A DNA stretch of 64,000 bases from Desulfobacterales bacterium (GTDB taxonomy: Bacteria; Desulfobacterota; Desulfobacteria; Desulfobacterales; UBA5852): contig CAXXVS010000003.1 in NCBI GenBank assembly GCA_963674755.2, forward strand, positions 1,280,001-1,344,000, read 5' to 3'. This document shows, piece after piece, positions 59,126 through 64,000 of this stretch. A program made the position numbers and the translations under genes. The notes beneath the pieces are model-generated. The model made no database searches. It saw only the letters and a list, made by a program, of their open reading frames with translations, and was not told the DNA's origin. Each line of letters opens with the position of its first letter. The stretch's first letter is position 1.

Positions 59126-61024
59126 ATGAACGACAAGCCAGTTGCCCCTTCTGCGCCGGCACTGAATTCCCAGAGCAAATCCCTCGAAGAGGTTCACCGC
59201 ACGGTCGAGACCCAGCACCCCAACTTATTTAAGCGTATCTTTGCCTTTGCGGGACCGGCCTATCTGGTCAGCGTCGGTTACATGGATCCCGGCAACTGGG
59301 CCACCGACCTGGAGGGCGGCTCGCGTTTCGGCTATGCCCTGATCTGGGTGATCCTGATGTCGAACATGATGGCCGTGCTCCTGCAGACATTGGCGGCGCG
59401 CCTGGGGATTGTCACCGGCAAGGACCTGGCCCAGGCCTGCCGGGCCGAATATTCCAAATTCGCTTCTTTTGTGCTCTGGATCCTGTGCGAGATCGCCATT
59501 GCGGCCTGCGATCTGGCGGAATTGCTGGGCACCATCCTCGGGCTGAATCTTCTTTTCGGCCTGCCCCTGCTTTGGGGGGCATTGGTAACCCTGTTCGATA
59601 CATTTTTGCTGCTTGCGATCCAGCGCTTGGGGATGCGCAAAATGGAAGCGTTCATTCTTTCGTTGATCAGCGTCATTGCGGGCGGGTTCATGATCAATCT
59701 TTTTCTGGCCAAGCCGGACTGGGGTCCGGCGGCCGCCGGATTGATCCCTTCCCTGCCGGCGGGATCGCTTTACATCGCGCTCGGCATCATCGGCGCCACG
59801 GTCATGCCGCACAATCTTTATCTGCATTCCTCCCTGGTGCAGACCCGGCGGGTATCCCGCATTGTTGACTCAAAGGCCGAGGCCTGCCGCTATAACCTGC
59901 TCGATTCCGCCATCGCTTTAAATGCGGCCTTTTTTGTCAACACGGCCATTCTCGTCCTGGCGGCGGCTGTCTTTCATCGTCACGGCATTGTGGTTACCGA
60001 AATTCAGCAGGCCCACAAAATGCTCGACCAGCTTCTGGGCTCCCAGGCCGCACCCATCGCGTTCGGGTTGGCATTATTGGCCGCCGGTCAAAGCTCAACC
60101 CTGACCGGCACCCTGGCGGGGCAAATCGTCATGGAAGGGTTTGTCCGGATTCGCCTCCGACCTCATTTGCGACGTCTGATAACGCGTGTCATCGCGCTGC
60201 TGCCGGCCGTGGTGGTCATTTCGATCTCGGGCGATCAAGGGACCTACCAGCTGTTGATTCTCAGCCAGGTGATTCTGAGCCTGCAATTGCCGTTTGCCAT
60301 CGTTCCCCTGGTGCATTTTACCAGCGACAAGTTGAAAATGGGGTCCTTCGCCAGCAAGCTGTGGGTGAAGGTGTTGGCCTGGATTACGTCCGCCATCATT
60401 ATCGCGCTCAACGGCAAACTGGTTTACGACCAGGTCATGGGATGGATCACGGGGGGCGGTCCCCTGCTATTCTCCATTGCGGCGGTGTTGGGTGCGGCCG
60501 CCATTTCCCTTTTCCTGGTTTACATTATCATCCTTCCGCTGGTACGCGGCGAACGGGGGTGGATCGAAGAAAAGAGCGACGATGCTTCGGCGGTTATCGA
60601 GGGGATCGCAACCCAGCGCATACGCCATATCGCCGCCGCGCTGGGGCGGGATGCGAACGACACGGCCATCGTCAGCCGCGCCCTGTCCCTGGCCAGGGCG
60701 GAAAAGGCCCTGTTGACCCTTATCCATGTGGCCGACACGGCCATGGCACATGTCTACAACACGGATGGCTATGACGCCCATACCCGTGACGACGAGCACT
60801 ACCTGATGGAAATTATGGAAGAGATCCACTCCTCCGACGTGATGGTGGAAATTGCGCTGGCCTATGGTGATCCGGCCAAGGAACTGGTGAAATTCGCGAC
60901 AACGCACAACGTCGATATGTTGGTCATGGGATCCCACGGGCACCGCTTGCTGGGCGACCTTTTGTGGGGCGAAACCGTGGACCCGGTGCGCCACCGGGTC
61001 GATATTCCGGTTTTGGTGGTGTGA
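59126..61024 (+). CDS. mntH: Nramp/MntH divalent metal transporter with C-terminal universal-stress domain
   Basis: YMDPGNW, ATVMPHNLYLHS, GQSSTLTGTLAGQIVMEGF; USP motif LVMGSHGH...G. Confidence 0.93.
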   Translation: MNDKPVAPSAPALNSQSKSLEEVHRTVETQHPNLFKRIFAFAGPAYLVSVGYMDPGNWATDLEGGSRFGYALIWVILMSNMMAVLLQTLAARLGIVTGKDLAQACRAEYSKFASFVLWILCEIAIAACDLAELLGTILGLNLLFGLPLLWGALVTLFDTFLLLAIQRLGMRKMEAFILSLISVIAGGFMINLFLAKPDWGPAAAGLIPSLPAGSLYIALGIIGATVMPHNLYLHSSLVQTRRVSRIVDSKAEACRYNLLDSAIALNAAFFVNTAILVLAAAVFHRHGIVVTEIQQAHKMLDQLLGSQAAPIAFGLALLAAGQSSTLTGTLAGQIVMEGFVRIRLRPHLRRLITRVIALLPAVVVISISGDQGTYQLLILSQVILSLQLPFAIVPLVHFTSDKLKMGSFASKLWVKVLAWITSAIIIALNGKLVYDQVMGWITGGGPLLFSIAAVLGAAAISLFLVYIIILPLVRGERGWIEEKSDDASAVIEGIATQRIRHIAAALGRDANDTAIVSRALSLARAEKALLTLIHVADTAMAHVYNTDGYDAHTRDDEHYLMEIMEEIHSSDVMVEIALAYGDPAKELVKFATTHNVDMLVMGSHGHRLLGDLLWGETVDPVRHRVDIPVLVV

Positions 61025-61041
61025 TCAGAAGATCATAACCG

Positions 61042-62154
61042 CTATTCGATGGCCTGGAATTCTTTCATGAATTTCCGGTCAATATAATCTTTGACCTTAA
61101 ACGCCAGTTTGCCGTCCATCAACAGCCAACGCTTGCGCAACACACCGATGCCGCCCCCCAGATTAAAGATCAGCAGATAGTCGCCCCCCGGATCAAAGGC
61201 CTGCAAGGGGGCGTCTTCCAGGGCCGCCATCAGGTTATGGTACAGCACCGGGTTCTGGCGCACGGCATAAACACCCACCTTGTCGAGCGGTTGTTTTTCA
61301 AAGTAGATGCAATCGCCGCCGCCGAACATGTCGGGGTGATCAACACTCTGAAGGTATTCATTGACCCGCAAACCGCCATTCGGACCCGTGGTCAAGGCCG
61401 AGTTTTTAAAAATGGAGTTGGGTCGAACGCCCATGGCCAGAAAAATAAAATCCAGCGCGTGGGCCTTGCCCGAAGTGAGCGTCACCGCCCCTGTTCCGAT
61501 GGATTCGGCATAGCCGTCGGTATTAATTTCAATGCCCCGCTGGGTGAGCACCCGCTGGATTTTGGCGGCAACCTTTTCAGGAAAGCGTCCCATAAAGCGC
61601 TTGCCGGCGAAGATTTTCACGACGGGTGACGGTCCCTGGATGTGGCGCGTCAATTGCCAGATATTCCCGGCCACTTCCGCCGCAGAAGGGCCGCCCCCCA
61701 GAATACCAATGGTGATGCGCTTCCTGGTCGCCAGTTCGAGAATCCGCGCCTGGGCCTCCATCAGTCGTTCAATGGGCTTGACCGCATAGACGTCCCGGGC
61801 CTCTTCAGGCAGATCGAGGCGGGGGACATGGCTGCCGGCGTTGAAGGAAATGACATCGTAGCCGACCGTCGCACCGGAGGCCAGTTCCACCGTTTTTTCG
61901 CCGGCCCGGATGCCAACCGCCTTGTCGCGGATAAAGGTTCCGCCCTGTTTCTCCACCACATGCCGGGTTTTAAAGCGGATGTCGTCCGGCGCATAGGTCT
62001 TCCCGAGCATCCCGGGCCCCATGCCGGAATAGTAATGGTGGTCGGACGGGCCAATGACGGTGACCCGGTGTCCCTTTTCGATAAAGGTGTGCAATTTTGC
62101 CAGGGTGACCATATGCGCGTGGCCGCCCCCGATCAGAACCAGATGTTTTCCCAT
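61042..62154 (-). CDS. FAD-dependent pyridine nucleotide-disulfide oxidoreductase
   Basis: IGGGHAH, YYSGMGPG, GGGPSAAE, GGGDC, KVGVYAVRQ. Confidence 0.85.
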   Translation of the reverse strand: MGKHLVLIGGGHAHMVTLAKLHTFIEKGHRVTVIGPSDHHYYSGMGPGMLGKTYAPDDIRFKTRHVVEKQGGTFIRDKAVGIRAGEKTVELASGATVGYDVISFNAGSHVPRLDLPEEARDVYAVKPIERLMEAQARILELATRKRITIGILGGGPSAAEVAGNIWQLTRHIQGPSPVVKIFAGKRFMGRFPEKVAAKIQRVLTQRGIEINTDGYAESIGTGAVTLTSGKAHALDFIFLAMGVRPNSIFKNSALTTGPNGGLRVNEYLQSVDHPDMFGGGDCIYFEKQPLDKVGVYAVRQNPVLYHNLMAALEDAPLQAFDPGGDYLLIFNLGGGIGVLRKRWLLMDGKLAFKVKDYIDRKFMKEFQAIE

Positions 62155-62156
62155 TG

Positions 62157-62990
62157 TTAGATCCTGTTATCCATGAGCTTGCCGAGTTGTTCGAGGTGCC
62201 CCCGCTCTTCTTCCGCAATTTTCTGCAAGGCTGCTTTGCTGCGCGGATCACGGCTTCTTTCCGATGCGCGGGTATACAGATCCAGGGCCTGGGCTTCAAT
62301 CGACATGGCCAGGGATATGACATCGACGGCGGAGTCCCAATCCGGTTGATACATTTGGACGTATTCATCCGTGGTCAGGCCGCCTTCCACGGCCTTGACC
62401 ACCAGATCCCGGTCGAAGGTTTCCCGGTCGATCTGTTTCCCTGCCACCTGAAGATATTCATTAAAGATGCGGTCCTGGTGCAGCAATTCGATGTCGGAGA
62501 GCTTGCGAAACAAATCTTTGATATCAGACGGCGGCACCTTTGCGATCATCGAGAGATAAAAGTCACGCAGTCCGGCCTCCAGGGAATAAGCGGCCACCAG
62601 GGTCTCCTCGATCGATTCCTTGCCCGTCAATAGTTCCAGGCCCGTTTCTTCGGACCCGACGGCCACCTGCCCGTCCCAGGCCTTGATGCCCCCTGCGATA
62701 TTGATGACATTGCCAAGCCCCTTGCCTGAAAGCATTTGAGCAGCGACACGGCTCCTCCCGCCGACGGCACAGTAGACGAGGGTGGGCTTGGACGGGTCGA
62801 TCTCGTCCAGGTGTTTATCCAATTCGGCAATGGGGATCAGCTTGGCGCCCGGAATATGGCGGTTTTCATATTCTTTAGGCTGGCGGACATCGATCAGGTT
62901 GAAATCCTCCTGGGATTTGCCCGCCATAAAGGTTCTGGCTTCCGTGGCCGTCATCGATGTCGCAGGGGTAAAAAATTGCTTCCAGCGCAT
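62157..62990 (-). CDS. Rhodanese domain plus ferritin/rubrerythrin-like domain protein
   Basis: DVRQPKEY..HIPGA, YCAVGGRS; E...FY / ELLH and E..A.DLY / EERGH pairs. Confidence 0.85.
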   Translation of the reverse strand: MRWKQFFTPATSMTATEARTFMAGKSQEDFNLIDVRQPKEYENRHIPGAKLIPIAELDKHLDEIDPSKPTLVYCAVGGRSRVAAQMLSGKGLGNVINIAGGIKAWDGQVAVGSEETGLELLTGKESIEETLVAAYSLEAGLRDFYLSMIAKVPPSDIKDLFRKLSDIELLHQDRIFNEYLQVAGKQIDRETFDRDLVVKAVEGGLTTDEYVQMYQPDWDSAVDVISLAMSIEAQALDLYTRASERSRDPRSKAALQKIAEEERGHLEQLGKLMDNRI

Positions 62991-63725
62991 AGGCTCCTCC
63001 TTGCAGTTGCAGTCAAAAAGCGTGTGGCAAACCGCCCCGGGTTGCAGCCCAGCGGGCGGGCGGTTTCCTATGATCTCAAGCGCTGCCATCAACAGGTGCG
63101 CAGCGCCTTATGGCATTATCGAGAAATCGCAGAACGCAAAAGGGATAGAATACCACTCGTGCAGTTTAAGCGAAAAAGAGGCCATCCGTCTCATATTCCA
63201 GCTGAGGTTACGGCATTCTATGCATAGCATATGAGAATCAGATCCGTTTAAACAGTAAACATAGGGGGATGTAAAAACTTCAGCGTACAGGAGCGGATCC
63301 GTTGCGTTCCGGGTCTGTCGCAAGGGGGAAATCGTAACGCCTATTTAGTCGACATGTATGTATTTTGTCAAGATTCACTCATAGTTACGTATTTTTTAGC
63401 GTTGTCTTGTGGCCGACTGATTTTATTGGATATATCTCGATATTGAAAGGGAATGACAAGTTAAGGGCCGTGTAACCGCGCCATCTGCGGCAACCGAATA
63501 GACTGCCGTATCAAGTTCAACATCGATATCCTCCGCGTGAGATACGATCACCACACGCTCTGCGGGTGGCGTGCCATTCCGCCAACACACCCAAACCATC
63601 CCGATTTCCCAGAGATATCCGGACCGTCAAATAGTTCGAGCTCAATTTGGTCTGAGGTTTCGGCACAGGCAAGTCATCACCAGGGGATCTGGTGGCGATT
63701 GGGGCCGGCACCCCCTCGTATCATG

Positions 63726-64000
63726 TCAACGCATGCCCAACTTGTTCATGCGGTTGTACAAGCTGGTGCGTTTCATGCCCAATAAGGCGGCGGCGCCGTC
63801 ATTGCCGGCGATTTTGCCGTTTGTCTGATCGAGTACAAAAGCAATATATCTCCGCTGCAGTTCTTCCATGCTGGGCAGGTCGTCGAAAGGATGGTTGTCA
63901 CCCCTCGTCGCTTTTTCAGCGTTGGGCAGGCTAATGGCCAGGGTATCGTCGGGGGACAGCAGCACGGAGCGTTCGATGATGTTCTCCAGTTCACGGACGT
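63726..64000 (-). CDS. C-terminal part of a sigma54-dependent (NtrC/Fis) regulator, partial
   Basis: VRELENIIERSVLL and GKIAGNDGAAALLGMKRTSLYNRMNKLG HTH. Confidence 0.88.
   Translation of the reverse strand, partial: VRELENIIERSVLLSPDDTLAISLPNAEKATRGDNHPFDDLPSMEELQRRYIAFVLDQTNGKIAGNDGAAALLGMKRTSLYNRMNKLGMR

Overview
GC-rich bacterial chromosomal window. Gene content (HdrABC-MvhD-MetVF, several sigma54 promoters, many PAS/Cache hybrid kinases) suggests a Desulfobacterota/deltaproteobacterial anaerobe. Contents in order: T2SS secretin; TIR-flanked Y1 (RAYT-like) transposase; large secreted Asp-box protein; VKOR-DsbA; penicillin-acylase-family protein; amtB; sigma54-driven hdrCBA-mvhD(Sec)-metV-metF-frhB-like operon; PP2C sensor; sigma54-preceded pair of a volactin-like actin ATPase and a class A PBP with an N-terminal receiver-like domain; a decaying, partly duplicated signalling region (31-45 kb); gntR-trpBA plus a LIV-type ABC importer; TetR/PP2C; ABC-2 exporter; YbaK; Nramp-USP; and redox genes. 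Most notable: (1) the actin-like ATPase/pseudo-receiver-PBP operon; (2) a four-copy family of 120-150 bp nested hairpin elements that conserve structure and short motifs but not arm sequence; (3) a UGA/SECIS selenoprotein MvhD missed by the ORF track. All family assignments come from motif recognition by eye; no database searches were run.
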